Positions 42,209-52,227 of a stretch of 64,000 nucleotides of DNA are shown piece by piece. How positions within the stretch are numbered: position 1 is the stretch's first letter; every line of letters starts with the position of its first letter. The position numbers and the translations under genes were made by a program. This DNA comes from Alphaproteobacteria bacterium. Its GTDB lineage: Bacteria > Pseudomonadota > Alphaproteobacteria > Bin95. The notes beneath the pieces were generated by a model that was not told where the DNA came from, made no database searches, and worked only from the letters and a program-made list of their open reading frames with translations. The stretch is taken from the NCBI GenBank assembly GCA_965205265.1, contig CBDBGH010000003.1:1632001-1696000 (forward strand). Reading direction: 5' to 3'.

Positions 42209-43279
42209 CTACTCCCTCCGGCGGGCGGCGGGCCAGAGCATGCGGGCGAGCAGCGCCGCGCCGATCACCACGACGAAGAGGCGTCCGGTGTGGTGCGTCG
42301 CCACGAAGGCGACATCGATATCGAGCGAGAGCGCAATCAGGTTCATTTCAGCGAAGCCGCCGGGCGTATAGGCGAGGTGGACGGCCTTGAAGTCGAAGCC
42401 GCCCAGTGCCGCCACCAGCGCGGCGACGAGGAAGGCCACGGCCAGAAAGAAAGCGTAATACATGACCGAGACGGCCACCGTCCGCCCGAGCTCGCGCGGG
42501 CGGACGCCGACGAAGCGCGCCCCCGCCCCGCAGCCGATGAACACCTGGGCCATCGCCAGCAACTCCGTCGGCGGGCGGGAGGCCGTCAGGCCGCCGATAT
42601 GGGCGGCGGCGCTCACCAGCATCGGCCCGACCATCTGCCAGGCCGGAATGCGCAGCAGCTTCGCCGCGCCGCCGCCGATGACCGCAGACGCCGTGAGCAC
42701 GATCCAGTCCTCGAGGCTGAGGTCCGTCAGCCGCCACCCGCCGAGATCGGGCGGCGGCACATAGTCGGTGAGCAGCCGGTAGGCCGGCGGCACGATGAAC
42801 ATCACCATCAGGATGCGGGTCGAGTGGGACAGCAGAATGGCGCGCTCGTCCGCGCCCAGGGAAGGGCCGAGCAGCGCCATCTCCCCGAGGCCGCCCGGCG
42901 CGGCGCAGAAGAAGGCCGTGCGCCGGTCCATGCGCCCGACGCGGCGAAAGAACCACGCGCCGGCCGCCGCGCCGGAAATGGTGAAGGCGAGCATGCCGGC
43001 GAACACGCCGCCCCAGGTCACCAGCCGGTCCAGCACATCGGGTGCAAAGGCGGCGCCGAGCATGACGCCCAGCACGACCATCCACACGCGCCGCACGTCG
43101 TTCGGCATGTAAAGGCGCACGCCCGCCAGCGCTGCGACCGTGCAGGCGAACAGGCTGCCCATCATCCACGGCAGGGGGCTCTGGATCAGGGTGAACAGGT
43201 AGCCGCCGCTTGCGCCGATTGCGAGCGTCTTGAGAAGCAGGGGCCAGTTCCGCGCGAGCTCGCGCAATGCGCGCATCAC
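42209..43279 (-). CDS. AbrB family membrane protein (putative ammonia monooxygenase-like)
   Basis: Duplicated halves with PLPWMMG, PGGLGEM / PGGFAEM. Confidence 0.88.
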   Translation of the reverse strand: MMRALRELARNWPLLLKTLAIGASGGYLFTLIQSPLPWMMGSLFACTVAALAGVRLYMPNDVRRVWMVVLGVMLGAAFAPDVLDRLVTWGGVFAGMLAFTISGAAAGAWFFRRVGRMDRRTAFFCAAPGGLGEMALLGPSLGADERAILLSHSTRILMVMFIVPPAYRLLTDYVPPPDLGGWRLTDLSLEDWIVLTASAVIGGGAAKLLRIPAWQMVGPMLVSAAAHIGGLTASRPPTELLAMAQVFIGCGAGARFVGVRPRELGRTVAVSVMYYAFFLAVAFLVAALVAALGGFDFKAVHLAYTPGGFAEMNLIALSLDIDVAFVATHHTGRLFVVVIGAALLARMLWPAARRRE

Positions 43280-44043
43280 GGTTGGAACTGCTCCTTCAGG
43301 ATGCGCTCCTCCAGGCTCCGGTCGGGATCGAACAGCAGGTGCAGCTCCGTGCCCTCATCGCGATGCACCAGCACTTCGGCCGCGTCGCGCACTTCGGTAA
43401 AGTCGGCCACCGCGCTCACCGGCCGTTTGCGGGCCTCGAGAACGGTCAGCCGCACAGACACCGTGTCCGGCAGGATCGCGCCCGGCCAGCGCCGCGGCCG
43501 GAAGGCGCTGATCGGCGTGATGCAGAGCGACTGCCCCCGGAGCGGCAGGATGGGCCCGTGCGCGGAGAGGTTGTAGGCCGTGCTGCCGGCGGGCGTCGCC
43601 ACGATGACGCCGTCGCACATCAGCTCCTCCATGCGCACGACGCCGTCCACCTCGACGCACAGCTTCGCCGTCTGCCGCGTCTCGCGCAGCAGCGAGACTT
43701 CGTTGATGGCGCGCGCCCGGCGCATCTGCCCGGCAAGCGTGCGCGCTTCCATCAGCAGCGGGTGGAGGCTGACCGTCTCGGCGGCCCCGATCCGTTCGGG
43801 CAGGTCGTCCACGCGAAAGCCGTTCATCAGGAAGCCGACGCTGCCGCGGTTCATGCCGTAAATGGGCGGCGGGCGGTCGCCGAAGCTGTGCAGGGTCTCC
43901 AGCATGAAGCCGTCGCCGCCGATCGCCACGACAATATCCGCCTCCGCCGGCGGCCTGTCGCCATAGGCGGCCACAAGCGCCCGGCGCGCCTCCTGCGCCG
44001 CAGGCGTCTCGGCGGCAACGAACGCCAGGCGCGGATCGGTCAT
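43276..44043 (-). CDS. nadK: NAD kinase
   Basis: [24 protein letters not shown]. Confidence 0.96.
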   Translation of the reverse strand: MTDPRLAFVAAETPAAQEARRALVAAYGDRPPAEADIVVAIGGDGFMLETLHSFGDRPPPIYGMNRGSVGFLMNGFRVDDLPERIGAAETVSLHPLLMEARTLAGQMRRARAINEVSLLRETRQTAKLCVEVDGVVRMEELMCDGVIVATPAGSTAYNLSAHGPILPLRGQSLCITPISAFRPRRWPGAILPDTVSVRLTVLEARKRPVSAVADFTEVRDAAEVLVHRDEGTELHLLFDPDRSLEERILKEQFQP

Positions 44044-44061
44044 CCCGAAGAAGCGGCCGCG

Positions 44062-45084
44062 TCAGCCGCCGGTCACGCTCATATGGCGCGGGACCGAGAC
44101 CGCGCCCCGCCGCCGGTCGATGATGAAATCGTGGCCCTTCGGCTTGCGCGAGATCGCCTCGCGCACGGCCTCTTCCAGCGGAGCGTCTTCCGAAGCGGCC
44201 CTGAGCGGCGCACGGAGGTCGGCTGCATCCTCCTGGCCAAGGCACATATAGAGCGTGCCCGTGCAGGTCAGCCGCACCCGGTTGCAGCTTTCGCAGAAAT
44301 TGTGCGTCAGCGGCGTGATGAAGCCGAGCCGCCTGCCGGTTTCCTCCACCACGGCGTATCGCGCCGGGCCGCCCGTCATGTAATCGGTCTCGGCCAGCGT
44401 CCAGTTGCGCTCGATCTTCGCGCGCACCATGGAGAGCGGCATGTACTGGTCGAGGCGGTCCTCGCCGATGTCCCCCATCGGCATGACCTCGATGATGACG
44501 AGGTCGAAGCCGCGCTCGCCGCACCATGCGATCATGGCGTCGAACTCGTCGTCATTGACGCCGCGCAGCGCGACCGTGTTGATCTTGACCGAGAGCCCCG
44601 CGGCCTGCGCCGCGTCCAGCCCGGCCATGACCTGCTCGAACCGGCCCCACCGGGTGATGTCCTTGAATTTGGCCGGGTCCAGCGTGTCGAGCGACACATT
44701 CACCCGGCGTACGCCGGCCTCGAAGAGCCCTTCCGAGAAGCGGCCGAGTTGGCTGCCGTTCGTGGTCAGCGTCAATTCTTCAAGCCCGCCCCCGTCGAGA
44801 TGGCGGCCGAGCGAGTGGATGAGCTGCATCACATTGCGCCGCATCAGCGGCTCGCCGCCGGTGAGCCGCAGCTTGCGCACGCCCATGCGGACGAAGACGC
44901 TGCACAGGCGGTCGAGCTCCTCCAGCGTCAGCAGGTCGCGCTTCGGCAGGAACGTCATGTGTTCCGACATGCAATAGACGCAGCGGAAGTCGCAGCGGTC
45001 CGTCACCGATACGCGCAGATAGGTGATCGCGCGCCCGAACAGGTCGATAATCGGCGCCGCGCCGCCCCAGGGGCCGCCGTCCAT
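44062..45084 (-). CDS. moaA: GTP 3',8-cyclase
   Basis: [18 protein letters not shown]-terminal MSVTGG. Confidence 0.98.
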   Translation of the reverse strand: MDGGPWGGAAPIIDLFGRAITYLRVSVTDRCDFRCVYCMSEHMTFLPKRDLLTLEELDRLCSVFVRMGVRKLRLTGGEPLMRRNVMQLIHSLGRHLDGGGLEELTLTTNGSQLGRFSEGLFEAGVRRVNVSLDTLDPAKFKDITRWGRFEQVMAGLDAAQAAGLSVKINTVALRGVNDDEFDAMIAWCGERGFDLVIIEVMPMGDIGEDRLDQYMPLSMVRAKIERNWTLAETDYMTGGPARYAVVEETGRRLGFITPLTHNFCESCNRVRLTCTGTLYMCLGQEDAADLRAPLRAASEDAPLEEAVREAISRKPKGHDFIIDRRRGAVSVPRHMSVTGG

Positions 45085-45254
45085 CGTTTAGTGCCCTCCT
45101 CCACCCAGTGCGAAGCAATATAGACAGCGCGCGCGCGCCGTGCCAGCCCCGGCGCTTGCCGCCTGTCCCCTCCCGCTCGGCGGGAGGAGTTGGGGGAGGC
45201 CCTTCCGGCGACGGGGCGTTCGTCGGGGAGAGTTTCGGGCGGGGAATGGCGCTC

Positions 45255-45683
45255 CTAATCCAGACGGCGCATTCGCAACCCGTCGAACCGTTCGAAGTCG
45301 CGGTCGTTCGTCAGGACCTCATCCACGCCATGCTCGCGGCACAGGGCGACGATCTGCGCATCGAACATCAGGTTGCCGCGCGCATCGGCTTCGTGCGCCA
45401 CCGCGAGAAGGCGGTCGATGAACGCCCCGCCCGGCCGCACGACCTCGCAAGTGGGAGCGGCAACGAGTCCTTCGATGAAAGCGGCCGCCTGCGCAATGCT
45501 CGACGGTGGGCTGAATACGCGCTTGTGCGTAACGACCCGCATAAACTCGGTGACGCAAAAGACCGGCAGCGCCCATCGTTCCGCGCCGGCGGCCAGAAAG
45601 CGGAGCTGCGAAACCGCTCTGTCGTGAAACTCGGTCTCGCCGCGGTGCGCGTAAATCAGGACGTTGGTGTCGACGGCGATCAT
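45255..45683 (-). CDS. vapC: PIN-domain VapC toxin
   Basis: AVDTNVLIYA, EFMRVVT, DAQI, TNDRDF. Confidence 0.92.
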   Translation of the reverse strand: MIAVDTNVLIYAHRGETEFHDRAVSQLRFLAAGAERWALPVFCVTEFMRVVTHKRVFSPPSSIAQAAAFIEGLVAAPTCEVVRPGGAFIDRLLAVAHEADARGNLMFDAQIVALCREHGVDEVLTNDRDFERFDGLRMRRLD

Positions 45684-45925
45684 ACGCGGTCGATTACATC
45701 GTAAAGCGCGTCCCGGTCGGAGATGTCGATTTTCGGTGGGCTGTCCCCGGTCACGGTCTCCAGCCGCAGCTGGAACGGGCGCTCCGCTTCGCGCGTGGAG
45801 GACGCGGAGGCCAGCCGGGCGCGAAGCGCGTCCTCGACGAAGCTTGCTAGCGACACGCCGTCCCGCGCCGCGCAGGCCTTCGCCCGGCGCAGCACCTTTT
45901 CGTCCAGATTGAGCGTCGCTTTCAT
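45680..45925 (-). CDS. Ribbon-helix-helix antitoxin
   Basis: MKATLNLDEKVLRRAK...VEDALR; 4-bp overlap with vapC. Confidence 0.88.
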   Translation of the reverse strand: MKATLNLDEKVLRRAKACAARDGVSLASFVEDALRARLASASSTREAERPFQLRLETVTGDSPPKIDISDRDALYDVIDRV

Positions 45926-45965
45926 GGCCCGACCGTATCGCAGAAGAACGGCCAGCGAAAGCTCG

Positions 45966-46418
45966 CTACCGCTCCGTCCACCGCTTCCGCCGGCGGCGGG
46001 CGCGGGCGAGGCGGCGTTCGCGCTCGAGGCCGTGGCGCTTCAGGAAGTTCTGCACCGTGGCCGCATGGAACTCCAACCCCTCGGCGGCCAGCGCATCGCG
46101 CAGTCCGTACATGGAAAGCCCCGGGCGCTTCGCCAGGATGCGGACGATCCGCTCCCGCTCCGGCTCGATCCGCGAGGCGCTGCCGCCCATGCGCTCGCGC
46201 CGCACATGGCCGCGCTCGCGAAAGCGCTTCACCCAGCGGCCGATGCTGTCCCTCGACAACCCGAACCGCCGGGCCGCGGCGGAGATGCTCATGCCCTCTT
46301 CCAACACCGCCGCCACCGCCAGGCGCCGCAGCTCCTCGCCGACCGGGCGGCCCCGCACCCCCCGCTGCAGCAACCCACCCGTCGATTCGCCTTCACAACC
46401 TCGGATCGATTCCGCCAT
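45966..46418 (-). CDS. IS630-transposase-like N-terminal HTH protein without a DDE domain
   Basis: S.SAAARRFGLS.DSI.RWVKR, MGG..S.I, L.DALA..G..FH..TV.NFL.R.G; RBS GGAGGA. Confidence 0.8.
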   Translation of the reverse strand: MAESIRGCEGESTGGLLQRGVRGRPVGEELRRLAVAAVLEEGMSISAAARRFGLSRDSIGRWVKRFRERGHVRRERMGGSASRIEPERERIVRILAKRPGLSMYGLRDALAAEGLEFHAATVQNFLKRHGLERERRLARARRRRKRWTER

Positions 46419-46656
46419 CGCCGTTCCTCCTCCGGCCGCGCCCGTGTGGCCTCCGTAAGCACCTCAACCCCAATGCAGCTTTCCGGTCCTCCGGCCGCCC
46501 AGGCAGACTTCGACAACCGGCAGCCGGGCCGAGCTCCCCTCTTGTTGCCGCGGAGCGGCGGGTTCGCAGCGGAGGTCCGGAAAAAGCGGCTGGCGCGGCT
46601 CCGGAAGCCCATCAGATCCAGATCATGGCCCTTTCGCTCTGTCAGGGATAACAACG

Positions 46657-46690
46657 GAACATATATAGAACTTACGGGAAGAATGTCAAG
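46657..46690 (-). promoter_or_regulatory. Sigma70 promoter overlapped by a LexA (SOS) box
   Basis: Minus strand CTTGACA-TTCTTCCCGTAA-GTTC-TATATAT-GTTC: TTGACA-N16-TATATA plus GTTC-N7-GTTC. Confidence 0.8.
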
Positions 46691-46696
46691 CGGTAG

Positions 46697-47869
46697 CTAC
46701 AGGGCGCTTTCCAGGATTTCGAGAATATCCCCGATGCTGCGCACCGGGCGCGGATTGGCGTGGACGAAGGGTTCGCGCATGGCCTGCTCCGCGATCTCCG
46801 GAAAGCGGTCCCGCCCGACCCCGACATCGCCGAGGCGCGACGGCAGGCCGAGCAGCGAGACAAGCTCGGCCACGAGGTCGGCCGCCGGGCGGTCCGGCTG
46901 CCCCATCGCCTCCGACACGACTCGCTGGCGTTCCGCCACCGCCTGCCGGTTCCAGCGCAGCACCGGGGCCAGCATGATGCAGGAGGTATAGCCGTGCGGC
47001 ACGTCGCAGGCGCCGCCGAGCACATGGCCTATGCCGTGGCTGGCGCCGACCGGCACCCCGGCGGTGACGCCGGCCATCGACATCCAGGCGCCGAGCTGGC
47101 TTTCGAGCCGCGCATCCACATCGCCGGGCGCCGCCTTCGATGCCGCGAGCGAGCGCGACAGAAGCCTGAGCGCCTGCAGATTCATGCCGTCGGTCCAGGC
47201 GTTGGCGCCCGGCGCGCAGAGGCCCTCTACCGCATGGTCCACCGCCCGGATGCCGGTAGAGAACCAGAGCCACTCCGGCGTATGCAGCGCGGCCCGGGGG
47301 TCGAGCACCACCGAAGTCGGGATCATATCCGGGTGCTCGTAGCCCTGCTTCTCCGGAATGCGCGTGTCGGTGCTGCCCTGGTAATGATAGTACTCGCCGC
47401 CGGAAAGCGTTGTCGGCACGGCGATCTGGCCGATATCGGGCCCCCGGAACTCCGGTTTCGTCTTCGTGCCGTCCGGCGCTACGACGGTGCGGAACGGTTC
47501 CATGTCGTCCACGGTTTCGAGCCCGTGCGCCAGCGCCAGCCGCGCCATCTTGCCGACGCCGGAAGCGGAACTGCCGCCGACGGTGACGATCAGGTCCGCC
47601 TTCGCCGCGCGGGCTTCGCGCGCCGCCGCGATCACGGTTTCCCGGTGGACATGGGCCGGAATGCCTTCGAACAGCCCGGCCGCGCGGTTTCCGAGGCCTC
47701 TGCGAATCTCCGAGACGACATCGCTCTCGCGGTTCAGCGTCCGGCTCACGATGAGGAAGACGCGCTCCGCCCCGAGCCGGCCCGCCTCCTCCGCCACGAC
47801 CTCCGCCGCGGGCCGTCCCCACACGACCCTCTGCATCCGCGAGAACACGACCTGGCCTGCCTTCGCCAT
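46697..47869 (-). CDS. Iron-containing alcohol dehydrogenase (maleylacetate reductase-like)
   Basis: VGGSS, VPTTLSGGE, DHAVE, SHGIGH..PHG. Confidence 0.9.
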   Translation of the reverse strand: MAKAGQVVFSRMQRVVWGRPAAEVVAEEAGRLGAERVFLIVSRTLNRESDVVSEIRRGLGNRAAGLFEGIPAHVHRETVIAAAREARAAKADLIVTVGGSSASGVGKMARLALAHGLETVDDMEPFRTVVAPDGTKTKPEFRGPDIGQIAVPTTLSGGEYYHYQGSTDTRIPEKQGYEHPDMIPTSVVLDPRAALHTPEWLWFSTGIRAVDHAVEGLCAPGANAWTDGMNLQALRLLSRSLAASKAAPGDVDARLESQLGAWMSMAGVTAGVPVGASHGIGHVLGGACDVPHGYTSCIMLAPVLRWNRQAVAERQRVVSEAMGQPDRPAADLVAELVSLLGLPSRLGDVGVGRDRFPEIAEQAMREPFVHANPRPVRSIGDILEILESAL

Positions 47870-47872
47870 GCC

Positions 47873-48583
47873 TCAGCCCCTCCCAAGCGCAATGCGCCAG
47901 CCCCTGAACCGCAACGGCTCGGCGGCGCGCGAATCGGAGAGATCGTAGCCCAGCCGGTCGAGTTTTCGGATATAGCCGCGTGTCAGCGCCGCGAGCGCGC
48001 GCCCGTAGCTGTCGCGGGCGGGCGCCAGAAGCGCCGCGGCCCGTTCCGCAACGGCGCGCGGCTCGGCGCCTTCGGGCAATGTCCAGCCGAAGAAGGCGGC
48101 GGCGCGCAGCCAGCCGACAAGCGCCCAGGCCGTGCCGGTATCCTCGCTGCCTGCCCGTCCGCTGACGATCTGCCCGGCAAGCGCCGCGAGCGTTCCGCCC
48201 GTCTCCCGCGCATAAGCCGGCAGGTCCGCGGGCGGCGTGGTTTCGAGATCCAGTTCCCGCGCATCGATAAGGCGGCGGAAGCGGTCCTCCGGCAAATCGT
48301 GATCGCGGATGGCGGCGGCCAGCGGCTGAAGCACGGCGTGGCGGCGCTCCCGCCCCAGGGCAGCTTCGTCGAGCGCATCGCGCCACCATTGCAGCCGCAT
48401 GGCGCCGAGAACCGGCTCGCCCGCGGTCTCGCGCAGCTGCGCCACTTCGAGATTGAAGGCGTGCAAGGCGTACAGGGCCGGGCGGGCCTCCGCCGGCTGG
48501 AAGGCAATGACGGCCGCGCGGTCCGGGTCGAAACGGCTGACCCGGTCCCGGCAATAGGCAGCGTCGTCATTCGATTCGGCCAT
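47873..48583 (-). CDS. Squalene/phytoene synthase family (NDUFAF6-like)
   Basis: ALHAFNLEVA, MRLQWWRDAL, LIDARE. Confidence 0.88.
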   Translation of the reverse strand: MAESNDDAAYCRDRVSRFDPDRAAVIAFQPAEARPALYALHAFNLEVAQLRETAGEPVLGAMRLQWWRDALDEAALGRERRHAVLQPLAAAIRDHDLPEDRFRRLIDARELDLETTPPADLPAYARETGGTLAALAGQIVSGRAGSEDTGTAWALVGWLRAAAFFGWTLPEGAEPRAVAERAAALLAPARDSYGRALAALTRGYIRKLDRLGYDLSDSRAAEPLRFRGWRIALGRG

Positions 48584-48748
48584 AGTCCATTGTATTCGGG
48601 ACGGGAAGTGTCGAAAGCCCGGACGGCTTTTCGCATTCGAGGCGGGCTTTGCAGCCGGGAAATCCCCAGCGGCAACGCAAACGCTGCTTGCTTTTCAAGG
48701 CGGCCCTGCTGATATAATCGCGCGAAAACCCGACGGGGAGGAGACTCG

Positions 48749-48844
48749 ATGAAGAACCCTTTGGAATCGCTTCACATGACGGTCGGACTGGGGGTCGTGT
48801 TGACCGTCGTCCTGATTATTGTCGCCCAGGCAATCGGCAGCTAG
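48749..48844 (+). CDS. 31-aa single-TM peptide
   Basis: MKNPLESLHMTVGLGVVLTVVLIIVAQAIGS; RBS GGGGAGGAG; TGnTATAAT at 48710-48718. Confidence 0.7.
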   Translation: MKNPLESLHMTVGLGVVLTVVLIIVAQAIGS

Positions 48845-48868
48845 GCGCGGAAGGGAGGACGATACGTC

Positions 48869-49372
48869 ATGGAAAATGAATTCCTTCTCCATCTCGTTCG
48901 CTGGTTCCATGTGCTGAGCGGAGTAATGTGGATCGGCCTGCTCTGGTACCTGAACTTCGTGCAGGTGCCGACCATGCCGAAAATCCCCGATGAGATGAAA
49001 CCCGCCATCGGCAAACACATCGCTCCGGCGGTGTTGTTCTGGTTCCGCTGGTCGGCGGCCTCGACGGTGCTCTGGGGCCTGTTGCTCGCGCTCATGCAGG
49101 GCACGTTCGGCGACTGGCTCGCCATCGGTCTCGCCGACGGCAGCAGCGTCAGCGCCTTTATCGGCATCGGCATGTGGCTCGGCCTCATCATGGCCTTCAA
49201 TGTCTGGTTCGTGATCTGGCCCAGCCAGAAGATCGCGCTCGGCATCGTTGACGCGCCCGATGACCAGAAACCCCCGGCTGCGCGGCGTGCGCTCCTGTTC
49301 TCGCGCACCAACACCATGCTCTCGATCCCGATGCTCTACGGGATGCTTGCAGCGCAGAACCCGCCCTTCTGA
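48869..49372 (+). CDS. PuuD-like (Urate_ox_N) membrane protein
   Basis: RWFHVLSGVMWIGLLWYLNF, LFWFRW, FNVWFVIWP.QK, SRTNT. Confidence 0.85.
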   Translation: MENEFLLHLVRWFHVLSGVMWIGLLWYLNFVQVPTMPKIPDEMKPAIGKHIAPAVLFWFRWSAASTVLWGLLLALMQGTFGDWLAIGLADGSSVSAFIGIGMWLGLIMAFNVWFVIWPSQKIALGIVDAPDDQKPPAARRALLFSRTNTMLSIPMLYGMLAAQNPPF

Positions 49373-50535
49373 TGGCGGCTGCCGGGCCGGCGTCGCCAGC
49401 GCCGGCCGGCCCGGCAATCAGGGAATATGCGCTGGCGCTCGGCTTCGACGCCGTCGGCTTTGCGCCGGCGGCGTCGCGCCTCGAGGTCCGCCGGAACCTG
49501 CGCGAATTCCTGGCGGAAGGACGCTACGGCGACATGGGCTGGCTCGCCGCGTATGAAGGCCGGCGTTCGAGTCCCGACGGGCTTTGGCCCGAAGCACGGA
49601 CAGTCATTGCGCTTGCCATGAGTTACGGTCCGGCGGCCGACCCGCTCGACCTGCTCTCGAAGAAGGAGCGGGGTACGGTCTCGGTCTATGCCCGCACCGC
49701 GCGCGACTACCACGATGTTATCAAGCGAAAGCTGAAACGGCTGGCCCGCTGGCTGGTCGAAAGCTATGGCGGGGCGGTCAAGGTCTTCGTCGATACCGCG
49801 CCGGTCATGGAGAAGCCCGCAGCCGAGGCTGCCGGTCTCGGCTGGCAGGGCAAGCACACCAATCTGGTATCGCGCCGCTACGGCTCCTGGCTCTTCCTCG
49901 GCGAGATATTCACGACGCTGGCGCTCAAGCCGGACGAGCCGCACGAGGACCGCTGCGGAAGCTGCCGCGCCTGCCTCGATGTCTGCCCGACCGACGCCTT
50001 CACCGCTCCCTACCGGCTGGACCCCCGGCGCTGCATTTCCTACCTCACCATCGAGCACAAGGCGCCCATTCCGCATGAGTTCCGCCGCGCGATGGGAAAC
50101 CGGATTTACGGTTGCGACGACTGCCTCGCCGTCTGCCCCTGGAACAAGTTCGCCGCCCGCGCCAGCGAACCGGAGCTACTGCCGCGCATCGAGCTGACAG
50201 CCCCAAAGCTCGCCGATCTCGCGGGTCTCGACGACAAGGGCTTCCGGGAGGTGTTCGCCGGCTCGCCGATCAAGCGCACCGGCCGCAACCGCTTTTTGCG
50301 CAATGTGTTGATCGCGGTCGGAAACAGCGCCGATGAAAGGCTCGTTCCGACCGCAAGGCAGGCGCTCGACGATCCGGCGCCGCTTGTGCGCGGCGCGGCC
50401 GTCTGGGCGCTCGGGGAGCTGCTGCCGAAAGAGGAATTCGACGGGATCAGGCGCACGCGCCTGCCTGCGGAAACCGAGGCGTCGGTCCGCCGGGAGTGGA
50501 CTTATGAGGAGCCGTCGGCGTCGAGCCGGCGATAG
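49372..50535 (+). CDS. queG: Epoxyqueuosine reductase
   Basis: DYH, VDTAPVMEK, CGSCRACLDVCPT, GCDDCLAVCPWN. Confidence 0.97.
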   Translation: MAAAGPASPAPAGPAIREYALALGFDAVGFAPAASRLEVRRNLREFLAEGRYGDMGWLAAYEGRRSSPDGLWPEARTVIALAMSYGPAADPLDLLSKKERGTVSVYARTARDYHDVIKRKLKRLARWLVESYGGAVKVFVDTAPVMEKPAAEAAGLGWQGKHTNLVSRRYGSWLFLGEIFTTLALKPDEPHEDRCGSCRACLDVCPTDAFTAPYRLDPRRCISYLTIEHKAPIPHEFRRAMGNRIYGCDDCLAVCPWNKFAARASEPELLPRIELTAPKLADLAGLDDKGFREVFAGSPIKRTGRNRFLRNVLIAVGNSADERLVPTARQALDDPAPLVRGAAVWALGELLPKEEFDGIRRTRLPAETEASVRREWTYEEPSASSRR

Positions 50536-50999
50536 CCGCCCGCGAAAAAGATCAGCGGCCGACCCGCCCCATCCGTCGCCAGCGTCTTGGCGCGGCCGAT
50601 GAGGATGTCGTGGTCGCCGCCGTCATGGATGGCTTCGGTCGCGCATTCGATCTGGGCGACGGCGCCCGCCATCAGCGGCGCGCCGCTCGCCTCACCGAGG
50701 GAATAGTCGAGGTCGTGCCAGGGCCGGGGCGCATTCTTGGTCGCGAAAATCGAGGAGAGCGAAGACTGGTCCTCCGCCAACACGTTGACGGCGAAATGCG
50801 TGCTGTCGAGAAACGCCTGGCGGCAATTCGCATCCTTGTCGAGGCAGAACAGCACCAGCGGCGGCTCCAGCGAAAGCGAACTGAAGGACCCGATGGTCAC
50901 GCCGTGCATTTCGCCGTCCTGCGCCGTGGTGGTTATCACGGTCACGCCGGTCGGCATGCGTCCGAGCGTATCCCGGAAGGCGCGTGGCTCGACGGTCAT
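50502..50999 (-). CDS. Flavin reductase family protein
   Basis: PTGVTVIT, SLSLEPPL, GGDH. Confidence 0.93.
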   Translation of the reverse strand: MTVEPRAFRDTLGRMPTGVTVITTTAQDGEMHGVTIGSFSSLSLEPPLVLFCLDKDANCRQAFLDSTHFAVNVLAEDQSSLSSIFATKNAPRPWHDLDYSLGEASGAPLMAGAVAQIECATEAIHDGGDHDILIGRAKTLATDGAGRPLIFFAGGYRRLDADGSS

Positions 51000-51192
51000 C
51001 CCCGGTTCCCCTCCCATTCCGGCGCGAGGCCCGCCCCTTGCACCGGAACCGGCGACCGGAGCGTCATGCCGATCATCCTATTGGCCCCCGTGCCGGCGCG
51101 CAAACCGGGCATGGCGTCTGGGGACAACCGATACTTGCCGCGCCGGCAGAGGTTCGGCCATATAGAGGCCCGAAGGATCGGGAGAAAATCGA

Positions 51193-52227
51193 GTGGAATA
51201 CCGGAATCTCGGGCGGAGCGGGCTCAAGGTCTCGAAACTGTGCCTGGGCGCCATGATGTTCGGAGGTCCGGCGGCGCCAGAGGACAGCGAGGCGATGATC
51301 GACGACGCGCGCGCCGCCGGCGTCAACTTCATCGACACGGCCGACGGCTACAACCGCGGGCGCTCGGAGGAGGTGGTCGGCCGGGCCGTGGCGCACGACC
51401 GGGACGACTGGGTCATCGCCACCAAGCTCTTCAACCGGATGGCCGAAGGGCCCAATGGCGGCGGCCTCTCGCGCAAGTGGATGAGGCGCGCCTGCGAGGC
51501 CAGCCTGAAACGCCTCGGCACCGACCGCATCGACCTCTACTACCTGCACAAGGAAGACCCGGACACGCCGCTCGAAGAAACCGTGCGGGCGATGGACGAC
51601 CTGATTCGCGCCGGCAAGGTGCTCTATTACGGCGTCTCGAACTACCGGTCCTGGCGCGTCGCGGAAATCTGCCGCATCGCCGATGACCTCGGAGCGCCCC
51701 GCCCCATTGCCAGCCAGCCCTATTACAACGCGGTCAACCGCATGCCGGAGGCGGAGCATCTGCCGGCCTGCAACTGGTTCGGGCTTGGCGTCGTGCCCTA
51801 CAGCCCGGTCGCGCGCGGCGTGCTGACCGGGAAATACCGCCCCGGCGCGGAGCCCGAGACCGGCAGCCGGGCGGCGCGCGGCGACCGGCGCATCCGTGAG
51901 ACGGAATTGCGGGACGAATCGCTGGAAATCGCCGCGAAGGTGGTCGCCCACGCCGGGCGGCGCGGCATGTCGGCGGCGCAGTTCGCGACACTCTGGGTGC
52001 TGAACAACCGCTTCGTCACATCGGTCATCGCCGGCCCGCGAACCGGGGCGCAATGGCAGGACTATCTGGGCGCGATGGACCGCGCTTTCACCGGCGAAGA
52101 CGAAGCGCTGATCGACGCCTTGGTGGCGCCCGGCCATCCATCCACGCCCGGCTACAACGATCCGCAATATCCCGTCGAGGGCCGGCCCGTCTGGACCGCC
52201 GCGCCGGAACAGGAGGCTCTGCAATGA
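51193..52227 (+). CDS. Aldo/keto reductase
   Basis: LGRSGLKVS, DTADGY, DLYYLH, GVSN. Confidence 0.95.
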   Translation: MEYRNLGRSGLKVSKLCLGAMMFGGPAAPEDSEAMIDDARAAGVNFIDTADGYNRGRSEEVVGRAVAHDRDDWVIATKLFNRMAEGPNGGGLSRKWMRRACEASLKRLGTDRIDLYYLHKEDPDTPLEETVRAMDDLIRAGKVLYYGVSNYRSWRVAEICRIADDLGAPRPIASQPYYNAVNRMPEAEHLPACNWFGLGVVPYSPVARGVLTGKYRPGAEPETGSRAARGDRRIRETELRDESLEIAAKVVAHAGRRGMSAAQFATLWVLNNRFVTSVIAGPRTGAQWQDYLGAMDRAFTGEDEALIDALVAPGHPSTPGYNDPQYPVEGRPVWTAAPEQEALQ

